Of a DNA stretch of 64,000 nt, positions 31,765-42,336 are shown one piece after another. Source of the stretch: Microcoleus sp. (GTDB lineage Bacteria > Cyanobacteriota > Cyanobacteriia > Cyanobacteriales > Microcoleaceae). The stretch lies in assembly GCA_052279835.1 (NCBI GenBank), contig CP181291.1, positions 4,672,001 through 4,736,000 on the forward strand, in the 5' to 3' direction. The notes under the pieces were generated by a model. It did not search any database. It was given only the letters and a program-made list of their open reading frames with translations, and was not told the origin of the DNA. Within the stretch, counting starts at the first letter, position 1. Every line of letters begins with the position of its first letter. The translations under genes were made by a program, and so were the position numbers.

Positions 31765-32235
31765 TCATGTCTGCAAACTTAAACGCCGTTTTTTATCCAG
31801 ATACTGCTGGTGATAATCTTCAGCCATATAAAACTCACCAGCAGGTTGAATTTCCGTAGCAATATCTTTATCATATTTCCCTGATAATTGCAGCTTGTGT
31901 TTAGAGAAGCGCGCCGCTTTTTCTTGTTCTAAATTGTGATAAAAAATTACCGACCTGTACTGTTCTCCCCGATCGGGCCCTTGGCGGTTGATTTGAGTAG
32001 GATCGTGACAGTTCCAGAAGACATTCAGCAATGCTTCGTAACTTACCACAGAGCGATCGAACTCTACCTGCACGGCCTCAGCGTGACCCGTAATTCTAGC
32101 ACAAACATCAAGGTAACAGGGATGTTGCCAATGACCGCCCGTATAGCCCGCCCAAGTCGATAACACCCCCTGCACCGATCGAAACTTGTCTTCAACCCCC
32201 CAAAAACAACCCGCTGCAAACGTAGCTTTTTCCAT
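31765..32235 (-). CDS. msrA: Peptide-methionine (S)-S-oxide reductase
   Basis: [28 protein letters not shown]; likely start MEKATF at 32235. Confidence 0.92.
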   Translation of the reverse strand: MEKATFAAGCFWGVEDKFRSVQGVLSTWAGYTGGHWQHPCYLDVCARITGHAEAVQVEFDRSVVSYEALLNVFWNCHDPTQINRQGPDRGEQYRSVIFYHNLEQEKAARFSKHKLQLSGKYDKDIATEIQPAGEFYMAEDYHQQYLDKKRRLSLQT

Positions 32236-32479
32236 GGTGCTGCCCGCAGAAACTTTAATCTTTATCATAAACTCTATATTCACTGTCCAGCAACACGGTT
32301 GAGCTAACCCGATCGGGTTACGTCGATCGAGTGTCACTCAAAAAAGCGACTGGCAACTAATTTTTACCCCAGTTATGAATAGATATAGCGAGGGAAAAGC
32401 CAAAACAAAACTTTCGCGATCGAACAAATTTGAGATGCCAGACTTCTTAAATAAATCTGGCATCTGGGTATGTTGTTAA

Positions 32480-34153
32480 CTAGCTGCTCACCCCATTCAT
32501 TCTTTCTTTGAGAGCATTTCGGGCTTGTTCTCGATCGTCAAAATGAACTTTTTCAGTACCCAAAATCTGATAATCTTCGTGTCCCTTACCCGCAATCAGC
32601 ACGCCATCTCCGGGTTTAGCATCCATAATCGCAGTGCGAATTGCAGCAGCTCGATCGCACTGGACGATGGGATTGACGGACGGTCCAATTCCTGCTAGGA
32701 TATCCTCCAAAATCCGCTGAGGAACTTCAGTGCGCGGATTGTCGGAAGTAACAACAGCTAAGTCGGCCAATTCTGCCACGATTTTACCCATTTTTGGACG
32801 CTTAGTGCGATCGCGATCGCCACCGCAACCAAACACACAAATCATCTGACCCGGAATAAACGGCCGGGAAGCCTTCAACAAGTTCTCCAAACTATCAGGA
32901 GTGTGCGCGTAATCGACAATTACGCTAATATCTTGGTCGGCACTTATTTGCACCCGTTCCATCCGTCCCGGAACTCCCACAAATTCGGATAATTTCTCTA
33001 CAATTGCGGACAAATCTAAACCCAACTCCAAAGCAGCACCAACAGCAGCCAACATATTTGATAAATTGAACTGACCAACCAAAGGCAAAACAAAAGTAGT
33101 TTTTCCTTTAGGAGTATGCAAGACTCCTTTAACACCGTTGGGCTGATATTGCAAATCATCAGCATATAAATCAGCAGTTTTATCGCTAGTGCTGTAACTC
33201 CAAACTTGCTCAGACTTGAGACTTTTCATGATTCGCCTTCCGTAGGCATCATCAATATTCACAACCGCCCGACCTTTGAGATAATCTGGACTAAACAAAA
33301 GCGATTTTGCATTAAAATAATCTTCCATATCGCTATGGAAATCAAGATGGTCTTGAGTCAAGTTTGTAAACACGGCAACATCAAAATCACAGCCCAAAAC
33401 TCGCTGCTGTACCAAAGCATGAGAACTGACTTCCATCACCGCATATTTACATCCAGCCCTAACAGATTCTGCTAATTCTTTTTGCAAATCCACAGCAAAA
33501 GGTGTGGTGTAAAGTGCGGTTTTTTCATAGCCTTGCCAGCGAGTATAAAGCGTGCCGAAAATCGCGGCAGGTAACTGCATTTGATTCAGCAAAAATTCGA
33601 TTAAATGAGTAGTTGTAGTTTTGCCATTAGTACCCGTAACACCAACCAGTTTCAATTGGCTAGCTGGACTACCGTAAAATGCCGTTGCTATTTGACCGCA
33701 AACTAGAGCCATATCCCCTGCTGGAATCACACAGGGAACCTCTTCTAGCCCCCCCTGGCTGGAGGGTTGAGGGGGTATTTTCGAGCTTTCTAGCCCCCCC
33801 TGGCTGGAGGGTTGAGGGGGTATTTTCGAGCTTTCTAGCCCCCCCTGGCTGGAGGGTTGAGGGGGTATTTTCGAGCTTTCTAGCCCCCCCTTGCCAAGGG
33901 GGGGTTGGGGGGGTATTTTTTGGGCGGCTGAGGTGGAAATTATGGCAGCTACAGCACCAGCTTCGATCGCACTAGGCCAAAAATCTCCCCCATCTACCCG
34001 CGTTCCCGGCATTCCCAAAAACAAATCCCCCGACTTACAAGCGTGGGAATTAGTCGATAAACCCTTCACTTCCGCATCGAGGGCGGGATGTTGCAAGTCA
34101 AAAGAAATGCTGGGAACCGCTGCTAATAATTCTCTCAATTTCATGTCAATCAC
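32480..34153 (-). CDS. murE: UDP-MurNAc-dipeptide:meso-DAP ligase with a tandem-repeat insertion
   Basis: GVTGTNGKTT, MEVSSH, DHLDFH, DYAHTPD, DNPR, AGKGHE. Confidence 0.96.
   Translation of the reverse strand: MIDMKLRELLAAVPSISFDLQHPALDAEVKGLSTNSHACKSGDLFLGMPGTRVDGGDFWPSAIEAGAVAAIISTSAAQKIPPQPPLGKGGLESSKIPPQPSSQGGLESSKIPPQPSSQGGLESSKIPPQPSSQGGLEEVPCVIPAGDMALVCGQIATAFYGSPASQLKLVGVTGTNGKTTTTHLIEFLLNQMQLPAAIFGTLYTRWQGYEKTALYTTPFAVDLQKELAESVRAGCKYAVMEVSSHALVQQRVLGCDFDVAVFTNLTQDHLDFHSDMEDYFNAKSLLFSPDYLKGRAVVNIDDAYGRRIMKSLKSEQVWSYSTSDKTADLYADDLQYQPNGVKGVLHTPKGKTTFVLPLVGQFNLSNMLAAVGAALELGLDLSAIVEKLSEFVGVPGRMERVQISADQDISVIVDYAHTPDSLENLLKASRPFIPGQMICVFGCGGDRDRTKRPKMGKIVAELADLAVVTSDNPRTEVPQRILEDILAGIGPSVNPIVQCDRAAAIRTAIMDAKPGDGVLIAGKGHEDYQILGTEKVHFDDREQARNALKERMNGVSS
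33743..33920. repeat. 45-bp tandem repeat (3 copies plus a variant) in frame in murE
   Basis: TTCTAGCCCCCCCTGGCTGGAGGGTTGAGGGGGTATTTTCGAGCT repeated; encodes KIPPQPSSQGGLESS. Confidence 0.95.
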
Positions 34154-34175
34154 TCCTCATTAAACTGTGTTGAAT

Positions 34176-34481
34176 CTATTTTGACCCATCGCTTTGTAAA
34201 TATTTCTGTAACATTTGCTCCAATTGTGCGACTGTGCAGCGCGGAGAAGGACGGGGTAATTGTTCTAGGGGCGAGGATGCAACATCGGCAGAATTGTTTC
34301 CGAGAGGGTACACTTTAAACAAAACTGGCACTTCGTACTGGTAAGCTTGAAACCAGTCATCATGTTGGGTAATATCTCGCACTTCCAATTGAAACTTGAT
34401 GCTTTCAATCTGTTCCAGTTTTTCTTGCAACCCTTCGCACAAGTGGCATCCAGGTTTGCTGTACAAAATCAATCTCATCAT
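34176..34481 (-). CDS. Glutaredoxin-like protein (DUF836 type)
   Basis: YSKPGCHLC, YEVPVL. Confidence 0.85.
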   Translation of the reverse strand: MMRLILYSKPGCHLCEGLQEKLEQIESIKFQLEVRDITQHDDWFQAYQYEVPVLFKVYPLGNNSADVASSPLEQLPRPSPRCTVAQLEQMLQKYLQSDGSK

Positions 34482-34638
34482 CTACTACAATTAGACTCGA
34501 TCTTAAATTTTCCAACCTGCGATCGCAAATTGGCTAACTACACTTAGCAATCCGCCAAGCCCCGCATCATTAATGTGAGTATACGATCAAGTCTATCTTA
34601 GCATTTTTACTGACACCCTAATGTTTCTTGCTATAAAC

Positions 34639-34693
34639 TTGACTAATAAATTATTTTTTTGTAGAATGTATAAATAGCCCTACAAACAGGAGG
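34639..34693 (+). promoter_or_regulatory. Sigma70-type promoter and RBS of the ligase-like gene
   Basis: TTGACT-17 bp-TAGAAT; AGGAGG just upstream of ATG 34698. Confidence 0.6.
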
Positions 34694-34697
34694 CAGT

Positions 34698-35978
34698 ATG
34701 AACTGCACCGAATACGTCGAAGCCAAACGAAAAGCAGCTAAAAAAATCAGTGCCGACATTCGAGAACGCTGGAACAATCGCATCGTTAAGCGAGAATTAC
34801 ACTTGATGGGTGAAGCGGGGGCCCTACAATATTTAGCTGATTACGGGCGCGGTATTGGTACGGCGAAAGTGATTAGTTTTGCACTCTGTGCGGAGTCGGA
34901 AGGATATCCAGACATGGCGATGGGATTTTGGAAAAAAGCTTTTGAATTGGAAACTGGACAACAGCCACTCGCTCTCAAGGAGGAACCCAATGCTACCACC
35001 AATCTGGTTCCCAAGGCCAAATCAAATTCCGCCCCCAAAATAGAAACAACTGTCAACAATCCCATAATTGCCCAATTACCGCCACACTTACAGCCGGGAA
35101 AAGTTGTGACAATGCAGCCGGTAGACGCACCGAATGTACGTTCTTATTACATCGAAAATTCAGATTATTGGGGACAGCCAAAACGCGACGGCAATCGAGT
35201 AGTTGCGATCGCCACTCCAGACAAAGTATACTACCAATCGCGATCGACCAACCTACGCCAACAGCCATCCATTGAAATAGAGCAAGCATTAATTGACACA
35301 GCAACTAAAATAGGCATCTTTGTTTTAGACGGCGAACTATATTACAAAAGCTGTACCGGCAGCGAACACCGCACAGGCTCCCAAGCTGCTACAGTTAATA
35401 TAGAAAGAGGTTTTCCCACCCTGGCACCCTCAGCAATTTATGCTATTTTTAAATGTTTGTTTTACCAAGGAAATGACCTAACTCCGTTGCCGGAATCAGC
35501 ACGAATTGCTGCGGGAGTAGAAATTGGCGAAATGCTGGTGAATTTATCTAAAGAATTTGAAATTGTACCGACCTTTCGCACCGCCACCGAAAAACTTTTA
35601 CTAGCAAATCAGCAAGAATCGGAAAATAAAGAAGGCGAAGTGTGGGTTTTGCATAACTGCCCCTATGTAGGGGGGAAAGATATCAAAAAATTCCCCATGG
35701 TGAGGACAAAATATTGTCTGGAATTCGAGCTGTGGATTGTGGGGTTAACACCGACAAAAGTTGCGGGAAGACCCTTTAGTGCGATCGAAGTAGCTCAAGA
35801 AAATCAGGGCAAATTAGTGCCAATGGGAGCAGTCGGAACCGGGTTTAGCACCACAGAAATGCAGGAAATTAGCCGACTCTATGAGGCGAATCCCAAAAAC
35901 GTCAAAATAAAAGTGCGATCGCAAGGTTTGACAGAGAGTGGCAAACTGTGGCACGCCCGATTTTTGGAGTTATGTTAA
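34698..35978 (+). CDS. Divergent ATP-dependent DNA ligase-like protein with an unknown N-terminal domain
   Basis: QPKRDGNR (motif I), LDGELY (III), EGEV (IV), OB-fold GAVGTGFS, LWHARF. Confidence 0.75.
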   Translation: MNCTEYVEAKRKAAKKISADIRERWNNRIVKRELHLMGEAGALQYLADYGRGIGTAKVISFALCAESEGYPDMAMGFWKKAFELETGQQPLALKEEPNATTNLVPKAKSNSAPKIETTVNNPIIAQLPPHLQPGKVVTMQPVDAPNVRSYYIENSDYWGQPKRDGNRVVAIATPDKVYYQSRSTNLRQQPSIEIEQALIDTATKIGIFVLDGELYYKSCTGSEHRTGSQAATVNIERGFPTLAPSAIYAIFKCLFYQGNDLTPLPESARIAAGVEIGEMLVNLSKEFEIVPTFRTATEKLLLANQQESENKEGEVWVLHNCPYVGGKDIKKFPMVRTKYCLEFELWIVGLTPTKVAGRPFSAIEVAQENQGKLVPMGAVGTGFSTTEMQEISRLYEANPKNVKIKVRSQGLTESGKLWHARFLELC

Positions 35979-36203
35979 CTGAAGCTTTTCTAGGGTATAC
36001 GCTCCTACTTTCAAGCGCAGATGTAGATAGAGTGCCTAAGTCCTGAATACAAAAAAAGCCACATCAAATAAGTTCAAAAATATCCAAATTCATCAGCCCT
36101 AATCCCCCTTCATACATAAAAAATCCCACTTTTAGCAAAACATGAATCCAAACACCGCCATTTACCCTTAAAATAAAAAAGACTGACTAGCCAACAAAGC
36201 CCT

Positions 36204-37650
36204 ATGTTTGAAGCCCTTGCCGATCGACTCGAATCCACCTGGAAAAAACTGCGCGGACAGAATAAAATCTCCGAGAGCAACATCCAAGACGCGCTCAAAG
36301 AAGTCCGCCGCGCCCTCCTGGAAGCAGATGTCAACCTCCAAGTCGTCAAAAACTTCATCGCCGAAGTAACGGCCAAAGCACAAGGAGCAGAAGTAGTCTC
36401 AGGCGTCCGTCCCGACCAACAATTCATTAAAATAGTTCACGACGAACTCGTCCGCGTCATGGGGGAAACCAACGTACCCCTCGCCATCGCCGACAGCGGG
36501 CCGACAGTAGTCCTCATGGCAGGTTTACAAGGTACGGGTAAAACCACAGCCACCGCCAAACTAGCACTGCACCTCCGCAAACAAAATCGTACCGCATTGC
36601 TGGTGGCAACCGACATTTATCGACCAGCCGCGATCGACCAATTGCTCACCCTAGGTAAACAAATAGACGTACCAGTATTTGAACTAGGTACTGATACTGA
36701 CCCCGTAGAAATTGCCCGCCAAGGCATCGAACACGGCAAACAACTAGGCGTCGATACAATCATCGTCGATACAGCAGGTCGCCTGCAAATCGACCAAGAC
36801 ATGATGGCAGAATTAGGCCGCATCAAACAAACAGTACAACCCCACGAAACACTGTTAGTTGTAGATGCCATGACAGGCCAGGAAGCAGCAAATTTAACCC
36901 GCACCTTTCACGAACAAATCGGCATTACCGGCGCAATCTTAACCAAATTAGACGGCGACAGCCGCGGCGGAGCAGCCTTATCGGTACGGCAAATATCCGG
37001 TGCCCCGATTAAATTTGTCGGAGTCGGCGAAAAAGTGGAAGCATTGCAACCATTTTATCCCGATCGCATGGCATCGAGAATACTCGGCATGGGCGACGTC
37101 CTCACCCTAGTAGAAAGAGCCCAAGAAGAATTCGACATCGCCGATGCCGAAAAAATGCAAGAGAAAATGCTCACGGCAAAGTTTGACTTTACCGACTTTC
37201 TCAAACAAACCAGACTGCTAAAAAACATGGGTTCCCTAGGCGGCATCATGAAAATGATACCGGGGATGAACAAACTCTCAGACGAACAAATGCGACAAGG
37301 AGAAGTGCAGCTAAAACGCACCGAAGCCATGATTAATTCCATGACAGTAGAAGAAACGCCGCAACCCCGAACTATTAGCAAGTTCACCATCTCGCCGCCG
37401 TCGCATCGGAAAAGGTGCAGGCTATGCAGAAAACGACGTCACCAAACTCGTGAGCGATTTCCAAAAAATGCGCACCATGATGCAGCAAATGAGTCAAGGT
37501 AACTTTACAGGTATGGGAGGATTACCCGGAATGCCAGGAATGCCAGGAATGGCAGGAATGCAGCCCGGTGCCCGTGGCTACATGGGCGGCCAACAACAGA
37601 AAAAGAAAAAGAAAAAAGATAAACCCAAAAAAGGTTTCGGACAATTGTAA
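36204..37650 (+). CDS. ffh: Signal recognition particle protein; probable sequencing frameshift at 37354-37356
   Basis: GLQGTGKTT, DTAGR, TKLDG; removing one A gives EERRNPELLASSPSRRRRI and continues into ORF 37450-37650. Confidence 0.95.
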
Positions 37651-37661
37651 AAAGTAGATAC

Positions 37662-37721
37662 AAGGGGCGGGTTTCAGCAACAATAATTGCCTAAAACCGA
37701 TAATCTCCTAAACCCGCCCCC
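37662..37721. repeat. REP-like inverted pair AGGGGCGGGTTT...AAACCCGCCCC between convergent genes
   Basis: Inverted arms seen; related pair at about 46881-46939. Confidence 0.7.
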
Positions 37722-37777
37722 ACTCAACTCTTCCTTCGCGTCTTCGCGGTTCAATAATCAACTCTCAAAACAGGCTT

Positions 37778-38365
37778 CTAAGAACCTTGAATCGCTTGTC
37801 TAAATTCCCGCATCGCCTGAAGGTGATTTTCAATATTAATACACCGCGCCAATAATACAATATCTAAATCTGGCAAAACCAAAGAGCGATCGACCTCTGC
37901 ATATCCATCAGCCTCCAACGAATACAAACACAGCCTACCATTTTCCCAAAACCAAACTTCAGGAATTTGCAGGCGTTTGTAAGCTTCCAACTTGTCAATA
38001 CCGCCGCTAGTCACCACCACTTCCACCACCAAATCAGGAAGTTCTCGATTAGGTCCCAATTCGTAAGACAAATCCGCTTCTCGCTTCACCCTTCCAGTTT
38101 CACTTTCTAGTGTCACCGAACCCGTTGGCGTAAAATCAATCCCTCCGAATTCCAAATACAAATCCAACAGCGTTGAAATCCGCTGCTTAACAGTTTCATG
38201 TTTTTTTCCAGGCATACGTCTAATCTCCAATACCCCATCTAAAAATGACAATCTCACCCCTGGGCGTGAGAGCAACTGTTCAACCACCTTAAACTCTCTC
38301 CAGCTCAATTCGTCAATTAAGATAGGTTCATCGAGCTTTTCTAACTTTTCTAAAGTTGTTGTCAT
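37778..38365 (-). CDS. Uma2 family putative restriction endonuclease
   Basis: EADLSY, PDLVVEVVVTS, YKRLQIPEVWFW. Confidence 0.88.
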   Translation of the reverse strand: MTTTLEKLEKLDEPILIDELSWREFKVVEQLLSRPGVRLSFLDGVLEIRRMPGKKHETVKQRISTLLDLYLEFGGIDFTPTGSVTLESETGRVKREADLSYELGPNRELPDLVVEVVVTSGGIDKLEAYKRLQIPEVWFWENGRLCLYSLEADGYAEVDRSLVLPDLDIVLLARCINIENHLQAMREFRQAIQGS

Positions 38366-38612
38366 CCCAACTGCTCCTTACTCAATTTAATCTTCATTAT
38401 ATCAGCGTTCAAGTCCCCCCCTTATTAAGGGGGGCTAGGGGGGATCTAGACTTCGACACAAACAAGAAAGACTGTCGGTTTGACGTTAAGGTGTCATATC
38501 AATTCCTCTCTTCATCGGAATTATTCATTTCTCTCTGAGCTCTCTGTGTTCTCTGTGTTCTAGTAAGGTTAAATCATTCCGATGCAACGGTCAACGATAT
38601 CACCAATCCTAT

Positions 38613-39809
38613 CTACTGTCCCAAAGTTGCTTTATGCTCATCCGGTACAAACTCCGTCACAACTTGGCCGCCCCCACCGTCACCTTTGACAATCACAGTT
38701 TGATCTTTAAGCTGTCCCGAAGCCTTTGGTCCAGTTAAATTAAACACCGGATCTAATTGTCGGTAAACCACATTTCCTTCCGCATCAAAAGTCTGATTAG
38801 TTAAATACCAAATTACTCGATCGCTATTCAACTGAGATAGACGTTTCTGCCCTATTCCTAGCACATTTCCCGTCAAATAAAAAACTTTTTTATCTAAATC
38901 TCCCCTACCAGTATCCCCAGTCATCGTCACCTTTTCCACCCGGTGAAAAATCTTCACTGGTCCCGGAGAAACCACACTTTGTGCCGGAAAATTCCAACTC
39001 ATCAAATTGCTTTCTATTTGCAGTGGCGGGTCTGATGGCATCAATTGAGCATTTTTGGTCAGCGTCGCAATCTTCGTTTTTAAGTCTACATCTGTGTGGT
39101 CAGCAAAACCGCTTTCTGTAACTTTTTTATCTTTATATCTGTCCAGTTGACTAGGTTTGTCACTGCTGACTTTTTGCTGATCCAGAAACCAAATTAAATG
39201 CTCTGTTCGCAATTGCAAAACCGGATCTTTAATATCTGCGACTACAGAGCCGAATAACTCCATTCTTCTGGCTCTAGTGAAAACTCGCGCTTCCTTCGCT
39301 GAAGCACTCACCTGTTTGTTGTCTCCAGTCAGATTATTGCGAACCACTAACACATCTTCCTTGGGCCGCCACTCCAATTCATTCCCCCTGAGCACCAGTC
39401 CATTTTTGAGGTCAGTAGCAACTATGTTGCCTTTCAGAAATACCTGATTTCCTTCCTGAAATACCTGTCCTGTTTCTGCTTGAATATCGTAAATTTCTTT
39501 GCCGTCCTGAAACAATTTTCCCACTGGTTTCTGAACGTTCACTATCTTTTGGTCTTTGTTGTAAACAGCATCCTTCGACCTCACCTTCCAGAATAACTCG
39601 CCTTTTTCATTGGCCTGCTCTAGAATTACTTTGTTCAATGTTAAAGTGCTGTTTGACTTTTCAGCAGTTTTGAGATCTTCAGCTAACTTACTTTTTTGAG
39701 TGTCGGAAGGAGCGCCACAAGCACCAATCCCCAAAAGCAAGGCAACTAAAGTTAGTAGCACCACTTTTGGGGATGAGAAATTGGAAATTTTTGATGGGTA
39801 ATTAATCAT
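38613..39809 (-). CDS. lptC: LptC-like LPS export periplasmic lipoprotein
   Basis: Lipobox IGAC, repeated beta-jellyroll segments, neighbours NYN gene and metG. Confidence 0.75.
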   Translation of the reverse strand: MINYPSKISNFSSPKVVLLTLVALLLGIGACGAPSDTQKSKLAEDLKTAEKSNSTLTLNKVILEQANEKGELFWKVRSKDAVYNKDQKIVNVQKPVGKLFQDGKEIYDIQAETGQVFQEGNQVFLKGNIVATDLKNGLVLRGNELEWRPKEDVLVVRNNLTGDNKQVSASAKEARVFTRARRMELFGSVVADIKDPVLQLRTEHLIWFLDQQKVSSDKPSQLDRYKDKKVTESGFADHTDVDLKTKIATLTKNAQLMPSDPPLQIESNLMSWNFPAQSVVSPGPVKIFHRVEKVTMTGDTGRGDLDKKVFYLTGNVLGIGQKRLSQLNSDRVIWYLTNQTFDAEGNVVYRQLDPVFNLTGPKASGQLKDQTVIVKGDGGGGQVVTEFVPDEHKATLGQ

Positions 39810-39810
39810 T

Positions 39811-40025
39811 TAGTAATTAATAATTAGTAAGTGGTAATTAGTAATGTGGTAATTAATGATTTGGTAATTGGTAATTTGGTAACTTATTAATTGAAAAAGC
39901 AAATCAAAAGTTTAAAATCTCCTATATTTTATCTAAATTTTTGACTTTTAATTTTGAATTATTTAACCTATTACCCATTCCCCATTACCCATTCCCCATT
40001 ACCCATTCCCCATTACCCATTTCCA
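39811..40025. repeat. Short tandem heptamer (STRR-type) repeats
   Basis: T(A/G)GTAAT runs at 39811-39885; TTACCCATTCCCCA x3-4 at 39971-40020. Confidence 0.85.
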
Positions 40026-40030
40026 ACTTC

Positions 40031-40636
40031 CTATCTATCGTCATGTTCGTCCATCAAGCTCAAGCCAGACAATGGCCGATAAGCGTAGTTAGGGCGCGAT
40101 GTTTTTTGGATATCGTCCTTAATCATTTCCAAATCGATGTAGCGATCGGCTACATTAATTAAACTGTCGCTGGTCATCGATCGCAAACTCACCACCTCAA
40201 CCCGCACGCCACGGTAGCTGACAGCATCCACAGCATAGGCCAAGTCGCCATCGCCACTGACCAAAACCGCCGTGTCATAGGAACCAACCAAAGCCATCAT
40301 ATCCACAGCAATTTCTACATCTAAGTTCGCTTTCTTAGAACCATCGGGTAACTGCACCAAATCCTTAGAAATTACCCGGTATCCGTTGCGGCGCATCCAC
40401 AGCAAAAACCCCTGTTGTTTCTCGTTAGTGCGATCGACACCAGTGTAGAAAAAAGACCGCAACAGCCGGGAACCAGCCGTTAAACGGCACAGAAGCTTGG
40501 TATAATCAATCTCAATCCCTAATTGTAAAGCAGCATAAAACAGGTTAGAGCCATCAATAAAGATTGCCACTCGTCCCCGATTTTCTAAAACTTGTTCCGG
40601 CGTAAAAAGATCGTTGCTTTCTATTCTATTCAACAT
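40031..40636 (-). CDS. NYN domain (LabA/DUF88 family) protein
   Basis: IFIDGSNL, DVEIAVD, LVSGDGD. Confidence 0.9.
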   Translation of the reverse strand: MLNRIESNDLFTPEQVLENRGRVAIFIDGSNLFYAALQLGIEIDYTKLLCRLTAGSRLLRSFFYTGVDRTNEKQQGFLLWMRRNGYRVISKDLVQLPDGSKKANLDVEIAVDMMALVGSYDTAVLVSGDGDLAYAVDAVSYRGVRVEVVSLRSMTSDSLINVADRYIDLEMIKDDIQKTSRPNYAYRPLSGLSLMDEHDDR

Positions 40637-40728
40637 GATTGTTATGCCTCAATTTTTTATGAAAGATTAGGTAATGAAATAAGTGCTAATTTGCGATCGG
40701 TCATCGCACCCCGATCGCCTAATGTCAA

Positions 40729-42336
40729 CTAAGAAGGTACTTTTTCCAGCAGTTCTAGTCGCTTAAAAACAGGCTGAGCTTCTCCGAGAGCTTGGTTTGC
40801 TGGTAAAGCACCCCATACCGAGTGAGTTGCAAATGTTGCTAAACTGTTAACTGGTACCTTATCGTTAAAGTCAATTGAAAAACCGAGCTGCTGATAAATC
40901 GCACTGCTGATATTGGGTATTATCGGGGATAAAAGGTAAGATGCCAGTCTAACAGATTCCAGAACCGAATATAGCACTTGTTGGAGAGATTCTAAATGTC
41001 CTTGTTTATACAAACTCCAAGGTGCTTGTACGTCAATAAACTTATTTCCAGCTCTAACCAAAGCCAGTACGGCTTCGCAAGCTTTGCTAAAAGCTAAGTC
41101 TTCGTAAAAACCAGCGACTTCTTCGCCCAAATTCAGGCTCATACCCTTGAGAAGGTTGTCACTGGAAATGTTTTCGCCCAATACATTAGGAACACAACCA
41201 CCGCAATATTTACGGGCCATGTTTAAAGTACGGTTAAGCAAATTTCCCAAATCATTTGCTAACTCAGCATTTAATGTATTGATAAACCGAGTTTCATTAA
41301 AATCGCCGTCCTGTCCGAACTCAATTTCTTTTAAGAAATAGTAGCGAGCCGCATCAGCACCGTATTTATTGACCAATTCCACAGGGTCTAAAGTATTACC
41401 CTCAGTTTTACCCATTTTTTTGCCGTCTTTGGTCAAAAAGCCGTGGGCAAAAACACGGCCTGGCATCGGCAAACCAGCAGACATCAGCATTGCCGGCCAA
41501 TAAACTGCGTGGAAACGGAGAATATCTTTGCCGATTAAGTGGATGTCAACTGGCCACCATTTAGATAAAGCATTCTCTAAAGTAGGATCGCTGTCAGCAT
41601 CCACCAGGGCGGTGATATATCCTACCAAAGCATCAAACCAGACATAGATGGTGTGACTAGGGTCCACTGGCACCGGCAAACCCCATGCCACATTCACTCT
41701 AGAAATTGAAAAGTCTTGGAGTCCAGAGTTGACAAAGCTGAGAACTTCGTTGCGCCGACTTTCCGGCGCGATGAAATCGGGACGTTCAACATAGAGGGCT
41801 AAAAGTTGATCTTGATAGCGCGACAGGCGGAAAAAGTAGTTTTCCTCATCGCGCCACTCAACTTCTTTGCTGGTGTGGACAGAACACCGGTGCCCCGGTA
41901 ACAAGTCCCGTTCCTCTTTAAATTCTTCGCAGGAAACGCAGTACCAGCCTTGTTGCTGATTCAAGTAGATGTCGCCGGAGTTCCAAACCCGCTGGAAAAA
42001 TTCTTTGACAATATACTCGTGCCGCCTGGCGGTAGTGCGGATAAAGCGATCGTACTGGATATTGAATTTTTCCCAAAGCGCCTCAAAGCCCGGAACAACT
42101 AGATCGCAGTGACCCTGGGGCGATCGCCCCAAACTCTCGGCTGTGCGTTGAATTTTCTGCCCGTGCTCGTCTGTCCCTGTCACTAGCAAAACAGATTTAC
42201 CCCGCAGCCGCTCAAATCTGGCTACAGCATCAGCAGCCATAGTCGTATAAGCGCTGCCAAGGTGAGGTAAATCGTTTACATAGTACAGAGGGGTTGTGAT
42301 CGCAAAGGTATTTTTACTGTTATCGATCGATTTCAT
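40729..42336 (-). CDS. metG: Methionine-tRNA ligase
   Basis: YYVNDLPHLG, GTDEHGQK, YVWFDAL, KDILRFH, KMGKT. Confidence 0.97.
   Translation of the reverse strand: MKSIDNSKNTFAITTPLYYVNDLPHLGSAYTTMAADAVARFERLRGKSVLLVTGTDEHGQKIQRTAESLGRSPQGHCDLVVPGFEALWEKFNIQYDRFIRTTARRHEYIVKEFFQRVWNSGDIYLNQQQGWYCVSCEEFKEERDLLPGHRCSVHTSKEVEWRDEENYFFRLSRYQDQLLALYVERPDFIAPESRRNEVLSFVNSGLQDFSISRVNVAWGLPVPVDPSHTIYVWFDALVGYITALVDADSDPTLENALSKWWPVDIHLIGKDILRFHAVYWPAMLMSAGLPMPGRVFAHGFLTKDGKKMGKTEGNTLDPVELVNKYGADAARYYFLKEIEFGQDGDFNETRFINTLNAELANDLGNLLNRTLNMARKYCGGCVPNVLGENISSDNLLKGMSLNLGEEVAGFYEDLAFSKACEAVLALVRAGNKFIDVQAPWSLYKQGHLESLQQVLYSVLESVRLASYLLSPIIPNISSAIYQQLGFSIDFNDKVPVNSLATFATHSVWGALPANQALGEAQPVFKRLELLEKVPS

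Noticed and set aside
33743..33920. CRISPR array
   Set aside because: Spacer-less in-frame tandem repeat within murE
36204..37650. ffh pseudogene or programmed frameshift
   Set aside because: Essential gene, single extra A in a 3-base run, no slippery heptamer, same error pattern as four other genes
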